Shown here one piece after another: positions 29,661 through 39,678 of a DNA stretch of 64,000 nt. The stretch spans positions 5,337-69,336 of the forward strand of contig CACKZV010000004.1 in assembly GCA_902604795.1 (NCBI GenBank). The letters run 5' to 3'. A program made the translations under genes and the position numbers. The notes under the pieces are model-generated. The model ran no database searches, had not been told where the DNA came from, and worked only from the letters and a program-made list of their open reading frames with translations. The stretch comes from an uncultured Pelagibacteraceae bacterium. GTDB taxonomy: Bacteria; Pseudomonadota; Alphaproteobacteria; Pelagibacterales; Pelagibacteraceae. Each line of letters opens with the position of its first letter. Positions within the stretch are counted from its first letter, which is position 1.

Positions 29661-30556
29661 TATTCGTGCCCGTCTGTATTAAAATTATAAATTTTTTCGT
29701 CTAAAGAATTATATTTTTCGTATTCAACTAAATCGTATAATCTTTTCCGTGTTTGCATTTTATCAATAATATTATTTTGATGTCCATCAGCAAAAATGGC
29801 ACGCAAACCATCTTCAACATTTTTCATTGCCAATCTTTGAGTTGAAACTGGATAAATGACTATATTATATCCTAAGTCTTGAAGCTGTTTATAATCAAGT
29901 AATTTGGATTTACCAAATTCAGTCATATTAGCTAAAAGATAACAATCTAGAGACTTTCTCACTAATTCAAATTCTTTTTCATCTTTTAAGGCTTCTGGGA
30001 ATATTACTTCAGCCCCTGCATCAACGTATGCTTTGCATCTGTCTAACATGCTATTAATTCCCTCCACACTATTTGCATCGGATCTTGCTATAATCTTAAA
30101 ATTTTTATCTTTTCTAGCGCTCACACATTCTTTTATCTTATCAACCATTTTCTCTTTTGAGATAAGTTCTTTGTTATCCAAATGGCCACATCTTTTCTGT
30201 TCAATTTGATCTTCCAAATGAACTGCAGCAACTCCAAATTCTTCAAATGTCTCAATTGTCTCTTTGCATGATTTAAATCCAGTATCAATATCAACAATTG
30301 TTGGAAGATTTGTTACTCTAGAAATTAAATAAGATCTTGTGCTTACATCTTGCAGAGTTGTTAAACCAATATCTGGAAATCCTAAATCATTTGCCATAAC
30401 TCCACCTGATACATAGACCGCATCATAACCAATTTCTTCAATTAATTTTGCAGTTAATGGATTGTAAGCACCAGGCACTCTTAGAATTTTGTTAGATTTA
30501 AGTTTAGTATCTAAGTCAATCCTTTTTTGAGCCAAATCTTTTTCCACAAAATGCAT
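29660..30556 (-). CDS. prpB: 2-methylisocitrate lyase
   Basis: KRCGH and ANMTEFGK motifs. Confidence 0.93.
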   Translation of the reverse strand: MHFVEKDLAQKRIDLDTKLKSNKILRVPGAYNPLTAKLIEEIGYDAVYVSGGVMANDLGFPDIGLTTLQDVSTRSYLISRVTNLPTIVDIDTGFKSCKETIETFEEFGVAAVHLEDQIEQKRCGHLDNKELISKEKMVDKIKECVSARKDKNFKIIARSDANSVEGINSMLDRCKAYVDAGAEVIFPEALKDEKEFELVRKSLDCYLLANMTEFGKSKLLDYKQLQDLGYNIVIYPVSTQRLAMKNVEDGLRAIFADGHQNNIIDKMQTRKRLYDLVEYEKYNSLDEKIYNFNTDGHE

Positions 30557-32059
30557 TTAAAAAATACCTCTTCGATAATTATTTTTTAAATATTTTTTAC
30601 TCACTTCAATATTTAATTTATTAAGACTACCTTTTTTCAATTTTCTTAATTTTTGTACAGTTTTTAAAAATCTATTACTTTCTTTTTTTGAAATAATATT
30701 ATTAGTTAAAGTTAAAAATTTTTTAATATAATTTTTTCTTTCAAAAGGTCTAGCCCCATACGGATGTGCATCAGCTCTTTCTAGTTCTTCAGATACTTTT
30801 TTACCATTATTTAAAGTAATAACAACTTTTGCACCAAATGATTTCTTTTTAGGGTCAGGGTGATGATATTTTTTAGTCCACTTTTTATCTTCATGAGTTT
30901 TTATAGATCTCCATATTTTAATTGTACTTTTTCTGTTGGCTCTTGATTTTGTATAAGACTTTATATGATGCCAATCAGCATCTTCTAAAGCTACAGCAAA
31001 AATATACATTATTGAGTGATCTAATGTTTCTCTAGAAGCATTTGGATCCATCTTTTGTGGATCATTTGCTCCTGTACCAATTACAAAATGTGTATGATGG
31101 CTAGTAAAAATATCAATTTTTTTTATGTTATTTAAATCTGAAATTTTTTTATTTAATTTTTTTCCAATATCAATGAGTGCTTGCGCTTGATATTCTGCTG
31201 AGTATTCTTTTGTGTATGTTTCTAAAATAGCTTTTTTAGGCTCATTTTTTTTTGGCAAAGGAACATAATATTTTGCGTTCTTTCCGTCTAAAATTCTTGC
31301 AATAACACTGTCTTCGCCTTCATATATAGGACTAGGAGCACCTTCACCTCTCATTGCTCTATCAACTGCTTCTATCGCTAATTTACCAGCATGAGCAGGC
31401 GCGTATGCTTTCCAACTTGAAATTTCACCCTTTCTTGATTGACGTGTTGAAATTGAAACATGAAGAGCTTGTTGAACTGCTTGATAAATAGTTTCAGTAT
31501 TTAGTTTTAGCATTGAACCTATTCCTGCAGCAACGCTTGGTCCTAAATGTGCAATGTGATCAATTTTATGTTTATGAAGACAAATTCCTTTTACTAAGTT
31601 TACTTGAACTTCATAAGCAGTAATAATTCCTCTTAAAAGATCCAATCCACTTTTTTTAAGTTTTTCCCCAACAGCTAAGATTGGAGGAATGTTGTCACCT
31701 GGATGACTATAGTCAGCTGCTAGAAAAGTATCATGAAAGTCTAATTCTCTAACTGCCGTTCCATTTGCCCAGGCTGCCCATTCAGGATCAAATTTTAGTT
31801 TAGAATTAATTCCAAATATCGTTGATCCTGACTTTCTTAAATGACCTTTAGCCATTTCTCTTGCAGATACAACTGGTTTTCTATTTAATGAGGCAATAGC
31901 AACTGATGCATTATCAATTATTCTATTTATAACCATATCTATTGAGTCTTTATTTAACTTTGAATTATGACTTGCAATTTCTGCAATTTTCCATGCAAGT
32001 TGTCTCTTCTTTGGAAGATTTATTTTCGATGGGTATACTTTAACAATGTTTGTCAACAA
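30557..32059 (-). CDS. prpD: 2-methylcitrate dehydratase (MmgE/PrpD)
   Basis: [21 protein letters not shown] and RETLDHS motifs; AGGAG SD upstream. Confidence 0.95.
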   Translation of the reverse strand: MLTNIVKVYPSKINLPKKRQLAWKIAEIASHNSKLNKDSIDMVINRIIDNASVAIASLNRKPVVSAREMAKGHLRKSGSTIFGINSKLKFDPEWAAWANGTAVRELDFHDTFLAADYSHPGDNIPPILAVGEKLKKSGLDLLRGIITAYEVQVNLVKGICLHKHKIDHIAHLGPSVAAGIGSMLKLNTETIYQAVQQALHVSISTRQSRKGEISSWKAYAPAHAGKLAIEAVDRAMRGEGAPSPIYEGEDSVIARILDGKNAKYYVPLPKKNEPKKAILETYTKEYSAEYQAQALIDIGKKLNKKISDLNNIKKIDIFTSHHTHFVIGTGANDPQKMDPNASRETLDHSIMYIFAVALEDADWHHIKSYTKSRANRKSTIKIWRSIKTHEDKKWTKKYHHPDPKKKSFGAKVVITLNNGKKVSEELERADAHPYGARPFERKNYIKKFLTLTNNIISKKESNRFLKTVQKLRKLKKGSLNKLNIEVSKKYLKNNYRRGIF

Positions 32060-32112
32060 AATGTCTCCTAACTTATGATTTTGTTTTAATAGTTAAAATA
32101 AATTAATCAATA

Positions 32113-32778
32113 TTAAAGATATTCTGTTATAATTTTCTCAATACCCACGAAATCTTTAACTAAGTGATTATGATATATTTCACTAGATTTCTTTTCAGTA
32201 TATCCATATTTTAGCAAAATTATTGGAATTTCTGCAGCTTTAGCTGCGTTTGCATCAGTTTCACTATCCCCAATCATAATTGATTTATTTATGTCACCAT
32301 CCAAGATTTCAATAATAGTAGTCAAATGTCTAGGATCTGGTTTACAATATTCAAAAGTATTGTATCCGGCAATATATTCGAAGTAATCATAAATTTTAAT
32401 TTTTTTTAAAAGATCAACTGCCAAATGCTCAGTCTTATTAGTACAAACTGCCATAGAAATATTTTCTCTTTTACACCAATTTAAAAATTCCTTTACCCCA
32501 TTTATTAATTTACTTTCATGAAATATATTTTCTCCATAGTAAGATAAAAATTCATTTGTCATCTCGTTTTGAATTTTTTCATCAAACCATTTCCATTGAC
32601 CATTTGCTTTTGCCATCATTGCTTTTGCACCTCTACCAACTGCATTTTTCAATTCACCTAAAGTTTTTGTTGGATATCCAAATTTTTTCATAACATGATT
32701 ATGAGCACGAATTAAATCTGGAGCAGTATCAATTAAAGTGCCATCAAGATCAAAAAGAATGGTAAATTTTTGTGTCAT
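32113..32778 (-). CDS. gph: Phosphoglycolate phosphatase (HAD family)
   Basis: FDLDGTLIDT, CTNK, KPDP and MIGDS motifs. Confidence 0.85.
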   Translation of the reverse strand: MTQKFTILFDLDGTLIDTAPDLIRAHNHVMKKFGYPTKTLGELKNAVGRGAKAMMAKANGQWKWFDEKIQNEMTNEFLSYYGENIFHESKLINGVKEFLNWCKRENISMAVCTNKTEHLAVDLLKKIKIYDYFEYIAGYNTFEYCKPDPRHLTTIIEILDGDINKSIMIGDSETDANAAKAAEIPIILLKYGYTEKKSSEIYHNHLVKDFVGIEKIITEYL

Positions 32779-32846
32779 TTAAAAGTATTATTAAGAAATA
32801 TATTGTGAATTAATTAAACTAATACTCAAATATATAAAAATATCAA

Positions 32847-33467
32847 ATGAAACCAAAAAAATTAACAAATATTCAATCAAAATTAAGAAACAAATTTTTA
32901 AGAAATGGTGTCAAAATGATTGCACCAGAGACAGTCTTTTTTTCAAAAAGTACAAAAATAGGAAAAAATGTAACTATTGAACCTTATGTAGTAATTTCTG
33001 ATAAAGTTTCAGTAGGAGACAATGTGAGAATTTTATCTTTCTCTCATTTAGAAGGAGTTAAGATTGAAAATAATGTAAATATTGGACCATATGCAAGATT
33101 AAGACCAGGAACAATTCTTAAATCAGGATCTAAGGTTGGAAATTTTGTTGAAGTGAAAAAAAGTATTATAGGCAAAGATTCTAAAATAAATCACCTTTCT
33201 TATATAGGAGATTCAAATTTAGGTAAAAAAGTAAATATTGGTGCAGGCACAATTACATGTAATTATGACGGCTTTAAAAAAAGTAAAACAACAATAGGTG
33301 ATGATGTGTTCGTTGGTTCAAATTCATCTCTAGTTGCCCCAATTAAACTTGAAAAAAAAAGTACAATTGGCGCAGGATCAGTTATTACAAAAAAAGTTTC
33401 TAAAAATACATTAGCTTTAACAAGAGCTGAGCAAATTGAGATAAATAACTATAAGAGAAAAAAATAA
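32847..33467 (+). CDS. glmU: GlmU C-terminal glucosamine-1-phosphate N-acetyltransferase domain only (206 aa)
   Basis: IGPYARLRPG, GNFVEVK, HLSYIGD and NIGAGTITCNYDG motifs; no N-terminal uridylyltransferase domain; directly upstream of glmS. Confidence 0.85.
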   Translation: MKPKKLTNIQSKLRNKFLRNGVKMIAPETVFFSKSTKIGKNVTIEPYVVISDKVSVGDNVRILSFSHLEGVKIENNVNIGPYARLRPGTILKSGSKVGNFVEVKKSIIGKDSKINHLSYIGDSNLGKKVNIGAGTITCNYDGFKKSKTTIGDDVFVGSNSSLVAPIKLEKKSTIGAGSVITKKVSKNTLALTRAEQIEINNYKRKK

Positions 33468-35288
33468 ATGTGTGGAATAATTGGGATAATAAGTACAAAA
33501 GAAGTTTCTAATAGAATAATTAATTCATTAAAAAAACTAGAGTATAGAGGATATGACTCAGCAGGAATTGCAACTCTAGTTGATGGAAATATTAATGAGG
33601 TAAAGTGTGAGGGTAGAGTTGATGTATTAGAAAAAGATATATCAAAATTTAATCTTAAAGGAGATATCGGTATCGGCCATGTTAGATGGGCAACTCACGG
33701 TAAACCGAGTAAAATTAATGCTCATCCACATTCATCAGAACAGGTCTCAGTTGTACATAATGGCATCATAGAAAATTCAACAATTTTAAAAAAAATTTTG
33801 GAGAAAAAGGGATATATATTTAAATCACAAACCGACACAGAAGTAATAGCTCATCTTGTTACAGATTATTTAAAAAAAAATTCTTTGAAAGATACTATAA
33901 TTAAAGTATTGAAAAAACTTCATGGCAGTTTTGCTTTAGGTATAATATTTAAAGATAGAAATGATTTAATGATTGGCGCTAGAAGAGGGTCACCTTTAGC
34001 TGTTGGATATGGACCAAATGAAAACTATCTAGGATCAGATTCATACGCACTCAAATCTATGACAAATAAAATCTCTTATTTAGAGGATGGAGAATTTTGT
34101 ATCATTAAAAAAGATCAAATAGAGTTTTTTGAAAGTGACGGAAAAAAAATAAACAAAAAAGTAATGAATTTATCTAAAGAAGATATTAAACATGACAAAG
34201 GTGACTATAAATATTTCATGGAAAAAGAAATAGATGAACAGCCGTCTACTATTGATGATTGCATAAATGAATATGTTGATAAATACAATAAACAGATAAA
34301 TATTTATAATTTTCCCTGGAATATTAATTCTTTTCAAACAGTTGTGCTTATTGGTTGCGGTACAGCATATCACTCTTGTTTAGTAGCAAAGTATTGGCTG
34401 GAACAAAATACAAATCTGGATGTAAGTATAGATATAGCTTCAGAATTTAGATATCGAAAGGTTAGGTTTAAAAAAGATTGTTTGTATGTGTTTGTTTCAC
34501 AATCAGGTGAAACTGCAGATACTTATGCAGCTTTAGAATTATGTAAAAAAAATAAAATGAAAACTTGCGCAGTTGTAAATGTTGTTGAGAGTTCAATAGC
34601 GAGAGATGCTGATTTAGTTTTGCCTATTTATTGTGGTCAAGAAATTGGTGTTGCCTCCACAAAAGCGTTTCTTGGACAGATGTTAGTGCTATATATTTTA
34701 TCTATAAAAATTTCATTCGATCAAAAATTTATTACAAAAAAAGAATATCAATCTAAAATTAAAAATTTACTACTACTGTCCAATTCCGCAAAAAAAACAC
34801 TAAAATTAGATGATAAACTTTTAAATATTGGTAAAGTTTTTGCACGTGCTAAAGGATGTATGTTTTTAGGAAGAGGCTATTCTTTTCCTATTGCCTTAGA
34901 GGGTGCATTAAAATTAAAAGAATTAGCTTATGTTCATGCTGAGGGTTATCCTGCTGGTGAAATGAAGCATGGACCTTTAGCTCTAATAGAAGAAGATATG
35001 CCTGTAGTTGTTATAGCCCCTAGAGATGATCATTATAAAAAAACGATTTCTAATATGCAGGAAGTTATTGCAAGAGGTGCAAAGGTTTTACTAATAACAA
35101 ATAAAAATAAAGATGAAGTTGTTTCTGAAAACATCTGGGAGCAAATAGAAGTTGATAAATTACACGATGAATTAACTCCATTTTTAGCAACAATTCCTTT
35201 ACAAAAATTAGCTTTTTACTCAGCATTAGAAAAAGGTTATGATATAGATAAACCTAGAAATTTGGCAAAGTCTGTAACAGTTGAATAA
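33468..35288 (+). CDS. glmS: Glutamine--fructose-6-phosphate aminotransferase
   Basis: MCGI, LEYRGYDSAG, SQSGETADT and PRNLAKSVTVE motifs. Confidence 0.98.
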   Translation: MCGIIGIISTKEVSNRIINSLKKLEYRGYDSAGIATLVDGNINEVKCEGRVDVLEKDISKFNLKGDIGIGHVRWATHGKPSKINAHPHSSEQVSVVHNGIIENSTILKKILEKKGYIFKSQTDTEVIAHLVTDYLKKNSLKDTIIKVLKKLHGSFALGIIFKDRNDLMIGARRGSPLAVGYGPNENYLGSDSYALKSMTNKISYLEDGEFCIIKKDQIEFFESDGKKINKKVMNLSKEDIKHDKGDYKYFMEKEIDEQPSTIDDCINEYVDKYNKQINIYNFPWNINSFQTVVLIGCGTAYHSCLVAKYWLEQNTNLDVSIDIASEFRYRKVRFKKDCLYVFVSQSGETADTYAALELCKKNKMKTCAVVNVVESSIARDADLVLPIYCGQEIGVASTKAFLGQMLVLYILSIKISFDQKFITKKEYQSKIKNLLLLSNSAKKTLKLDDKLLNIGKVFARAKGCMFLGRGYSFPIALEGALKLKELAYVHAEGYPAGEMKHGPLALIEEDMPVVVIAPRDDHYKKTISNMQEVIARGAKVLLITNKNKDEVVSENIWEQIEVDKLHDELTPFLATIPLQKLAFYSALEKGYDIDKPRNLAKSVTVE

Positions 35289-36015
35289 TTTGTATTTTTA
35301 TTTTTCTAAAATTATAGCTCCACTAATTAATCCCACAAACTTTCTATTTATATCTATAGTTATTTTACTTTTAATTTACACTAAAATAAAAAAAAAAATT
35401 ATTTTAAATATATTGGTTTTTAATATTCTCATATTATTATCTATATCGTTCTTACCTTTAGGAAATCTAGGACTAAAATATCTTGAAAAAGATTTTTTAG
35501 ATAAAAAAAAATTACAAGGTATTAATAATATTGTTGTTTTGTCAGGTTCAGATAAAAGAATAATAACATCAACTATACTAGGCCATAAATTTGATGATTC
35601 AAAAATTTATTACTTAGGAGGAAATGCTTATTTAGTAAAAAATCATCAGAACGATGAACCATCTTATGCTATGAATTTTTATGAGAAATTAAATTTTGAT
35701 ATCAATAGAGTAAAGTTTGTTGGTCAATCAAGGAATACTATAGAAAATTTACAGGAAATTAAAAAATTAAATTTAGATAATTCTAAAACTGTTCTGATCA
35801 CATCTGCTTCTCACATGAAAAGATCAATGATGATTGCAAAAAAATTAGATTTAGATTTTATACCTTATGCTACAGACTTTAAATCTCATTCACAAAAATC
35901 ATTTCTAAATAAATATCAAACATTCGATGTAGCATCTAATTTAAATAAATTTAACTTATTTATTAGAGAAATCATTGGAATAATTACTTTTAAGTTAATC
36001 TCAAAAAGTTTGTAA
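35281..36015 (+). CDS. YdcF/DUF218 (ElyC-like) family protein
   Basis: N-terminal TM segments; SRNTIEN and LITSASHMKRS motifs. Confidence 0.85.
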   Translation: MNNLYFYFSKIIAPLINPTNFLFISIVILLLIYTKIKKKIILNILVFNILILLSISFLPLGNLGLKYLEKDFLDKKKLQGINNIVVLSGSDKRIITSTILGHKFDDSKIYYLGGNAYLVKNHQNDEPSYAMNFYEKLNFDINRVKFVGQSRNTIENLQEIKKLNLDNSKTVLITSASHMKRSMMIAKKLDLDFIPYATDFKSHSQKSFLNKYQTFDVASNLNKFNLFIREIIGIITFKLISKSL

Positions 36016-36115
36016 ATTAACTAAAATTTATTAAAAAATATAGTTTTTTATAATTTTAGAAATTTTTTACTTTTTTTTAATCAAATCAGATGTATATACA
36101 CTTCTAGATTGAATT

Positions 36116-37495
36116 ATGAAAAAATGGAAAGCAAATAGTTGGAAAAGTTTCCCAGTTAAGCACATACCTGAATATGAAAACCAGGATGAATTAAACTTGG
36201 TATTAAGTAAATTAAAAAATTTTCCTCCTTTAGTATTTGCTGGTGAAACAAGACATCTTAAAGATCAATTGGCAAATGTTGTTGATGGAAAAGCATTCCT
36301 ATTACAGGGCGGTGATTGCGCAGAAAGTTTCGCAGAATTTCATCCAGATAATATAAGAGACTATTTTAAACTAATGTTACAGATGTCCCTTGTGCTAACA
36401 TATTCAGCATCTTTACCTGTTGTTAAACTAGGAAGAATTGCTGGACAATTTTCTAAGCCTAGAAGTGCACCAACTGAAAAAATTGGAGATGTAGAACTAC
36501 CTAGTTATCTGGGGGATAATATTAATTCAATAGAATTTACTAAAAAAGGAAGAGCTTATGATCCAAAGAGATTATTTAGAGCTTATTCACAATCTGCTTC
36601 AACTTTAAATTTATTGAGAGCATTTTCAAATGGTGGTTTTGCTGATTTAAAAAATGTTCATATGTGGAATTTAGGTTACATTAAATCTGCAGCCCAAGCT
36701 AAAAAATTTAAGGAATTAGAAGATAAAATAGCAGATGCTCTAGCATTCATGGAAGCTTGTGGAATCACATCTGACTTCAATAGAAGATTATACACGGTTA
36801 ATTTCTGGACCTCTCATGAAGCGCTACATTTACCATTTGAGGAAGCTATGACTAGAATAGACTCAACAACTGGCGAATATCACGATACTTCAGCTCATTT
36901 CGTTTGGATAGGCGATAGAACAAGACAAATAGATGGTGGTCATGTAGAATTTTGTAGAGGAATAGAAAATCCAATTGGAATTAAATGTGGTCCAACTTCA
37001 AAACCTGAAGAGATAGCAAAAATTTGTGAGCTCATTAATCCTAAAAATGAAAAAGGTAAAATTACACTTATTTCTAGATTTGGTCATGATCAAGTAGAAA
37101 AATATTTACCAAAACTTATTAGAGGTATTAAAAAAGAAGGACTAAATGTTATTTGGTCATGCGATCCAATGCATGGAAATACAATTAAATCAACCACTGG
37201 ATTTAAAACAAGACCTTTTAATAATGTTTTAAATGAAGTTAAAAATGTATTTGGTGTGCATCAAAGCGAAGGTTCTTATGCTGGAGGTCTTCATATTGAG
37301 ATGACTGGCCAAAATGTGACAGAATGTACTGGCGGAGCGCAAAAAATATCAGACACTGATTTATCAAGTAGATATCATACTCAATGTGACCCAAGACTTA
37401 ATGCTAATCAAGCGCTAGAGTTAGCTTTTTTAATATCAGATGAGATTAAAAAGAATACCTTGTATGCTAAAAATGGTATTAGAGCGGCATCTTAA
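36116..37495 (+). CDS. Class II DAHP synthase
   Basis: LLQGGDCAESF, GRIAGQFSKPRS, CDPMHGNT and CDPRLN motifs. Confidence 0.96.
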   Translation: MKKWKANSWKSFPVKHIPEYENQDELNLVLSKLKNFPPLVFAGETRHLKDQLANVVDGKAFLLQGGDCAESFAEFHPDNIRDYFKLMLQMSLVLTYSASLPVVKLGRIAGQFSKPRSAPTEKIGDVELPSYLGDNINSIEFTKKGRAYDPKRLFRAYSQSASTLNLLRAFSNGGFADLKNVHMWNLGYIKSAAQAKKFKELEDKIADALAFMEACGITSDFNRRLYTVNFWTSHEALHLPFEEAMTRIDSTTGEYHDTSAHFVWIGDRTRQIDGGHVEFCRGIENPIGIKCGPTSKPEEIAKICELINPKNEKGKITLISRFGHDQVEKYLPKLIRGIKKEGLNVIWSCDPMHGNTIKSTTGFKTRPFNNVLNEVKNVFGVHQSEGSYAGGLHIEMTGQNVTECTGGAQKISDTDLSSRYHTQCDPRLNANQALELAFLISDEIKKNTLYAKNGIRAAS

Positions 37496-37532
37496 TCATT
37501 TAATTTTTTAAATTAATTATTATATTTTCACC

Positions 37533-38270
37533 ATGGAACCGAGTAAAAAAGTCATATTTATTAAAGATTGGATATCAGATTATGTAAATTCAATGCCTAA
37601 AAAAGCTGAGTCTTTAGTAATAGGTATTTCTGGGGGAATAGACTCGTCTGTTTCGAGTACTTTGAGTGCAATGACGGGGCTTAAAACTATTGTTTTATCA
37701 ATGCCTATAAAACAAAAAAGTACACAACATGATTTAAGTTTAAAGCATCAAGAATGGCTAAAACAAAATTTTAAAAATGTTGAAGGTATTACAGTAGAGC
37801 TAGATAGCCTTTTTTCTACATTTGAAAATACATTAAAAAATTTTAACAGTTTGCATGGTATGGCAAATTCTAGAGCTAGATTAAGAATGACAACTCTTTA
37901 TCAAGTTGCTGCAGCAAACAATGGAATAGTAGTAGGTACAGGAAATAAAGTTGAAGATTTTGGGGTAGGTTTTTACACTAAATATGGTGATGGTGGAGTT
38001 GATATATCACCAATAGCAGATTGCAATAAGACTGAAGTTTGGCAATTAGGTAAAGAATTAAAGATTTTGCAAGAGATCATAGATGCGCCTCCAACAGATG
38101 GTTTATGGGACGATGGTAGAACTGACGAAGGCCAGTTGGGTTTAAGTTATAAAGAACTTGAAGAAGCAATGGAAAATGAAAATTCAAAAAATAGAGAAAA
38201 ATATATCAAAATAAGAAACGCAAATTTGCATAAAATGGATCCAATTCCAGTTTGCAAGATTCCTAACTAA
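37533..38270 (+). CDS. nadE: NH3-dependent NAD(+) synthetase
   Basis: GISGGIDS, ARLRM and FYTKYGDG motifs. Confidence 0.96.
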   Translation: MEPSKKVIFIKDWISDYVNSMPKKAESLVIGISGGIDSSVSSTLSAMTGLKTIVLSMPIKQKSTQHDLSLKHQEWLKQNFKNVEGITVELDSLFSTFENTLKNFNSLHGMANSRARLRMTTLYQVAAANNGIVVGTGNKVEDFGVGFYTKYGDGGVDISPIADCNKTEVWQLGKELKILQEIIDAPPTDGLWDDGRTDEGQLGLSYKELEEAMENENSKNREKYIKIRNANLHKMDPIPVCKIPN

Positions 38271-38315
38271 TCAAATAGATTCACAAATCTATAATTTAAG
38301 TATATTCCTAGAATA

Positions 38316-39678
38316 ATGAATAAAGATATTTTTTTAACAAATAGCTACGGTGGGAAAAAAGAAAAATTCCTACCAATTGATGAAAATAATATCAAAATGT
38401 ATGTTTGTGGACCAACAGTTTATGATGATCCTCATATAGGAAATGCTAGGCCATTGGTTGTATTTGATTTACTTTTTAAAGTCCTTAAGTGTAAATATGG
38501 AAATGATAAAGTTACATATGTAAGAAATATTACAGATATTGACGATAAAATAATTCAGTCTGCAAAAGATAAAAAAATTCCAATCAAAGATCTAACCACT
38601 AAAATAAATAATAATTTTCAAGAAGATTGTAATTATCTTATTTGTGAAAAACCAAGCTTTCAGCCTAAAGCAACTGAAAATATTAAAGAGATGATAGAGA
38701 TGATTAGTATTTTAGTTGAAAAAGGTTTTGCATATGAAAGCATGAACCATATCTATTTTGAAGTAAATAAATTTAAAGATTATGGAAAATTATCGAATAA
38801 AAAGATAGATGATTTAATATCTGGATCTAGAGTAGAAGTTTCAAGTAATAAAAAAAAATGCTGAAGATTTTGTATTATGGAAACCCTCAAATGATGACGA
38901 GCCTAGTTGGACATCGCCCTGGGGAAAGGGCAGACCTGGTTGGCATTTAGAATGTTCATCAATGTCAAAAAAATATCTTGGTGATAAATTTGATATTCAT
39001 GGTGGTGGTAGAGATCTTTTATTTCCACACCACGAAAATGAAATTGCACAATCATGTTGTGCCAATGGAACTGATGTTTTTTCTAATTACTGGGTTCACA
39101 ATGGATTTATTACGCAATCAAATGAAAAAATGTCTAAATCGCAAGGCAATATTTTAAAAATAAGTAGTTTTAAAGAGAATGTTAATGGTCAAGCCTTAAG
39201 ATTGGCTCTAATTAGTACACATTATAGACAGCCATTAGATTGGAGTGACAAACTTTTAGAAGAAAGCAAGAAAACAATTGATAAATGGTACAATGGCTAC
39301 ATTGAATTAGTTAAACCTAAATTAATTTCTGATGATGATCTAACTCCTTTGTATGATGATTTAAATACGCCAAAGTATATAGCTAACCTCCATAAACTTT
39401 ATGAAAAATCACAATCGGGAAGTTTAGAAGATAAAAAAGTATTTGTATCTGCATGTAATTTCGTAGGACTACTTACTGAAACAAGAGAGGAATGGAATAA
39501 TTTTAAAAAAAATAAATCTTCCTTAAGTAATGAATTAATTGAAATAAAAATTAAAGAGCGAAATAAGGCTAGAGATGATAAAAATTACGAATTAGCTGAC
39601 AAAATCCGTAATGAACTTTTGGAAAAAGGAGTTCAAATAGAAGATAAAGATGGTAAAACCTCGTGGAAATTTAAATAA
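38316..39678 (+). CDS. cysS: Cysteine--tRNA ligase, split by one extra base in an A9 run at 38850-38858 (probable sequencing error)
   Basis: MYVCGPTVY...HIGN in the first frame. DFVLWK, SPWGKGRPGWHLEC, DIHGGG and KMSKS in the second frame. Removing one A restores NKKNAEDFVLWK. Confidence 0.93.

Noticed and set aside
38316-39678. cysS as a true pseudogene or as two genes
   Set aside because: Essential gene with a single homopolymer indel and no other decay.
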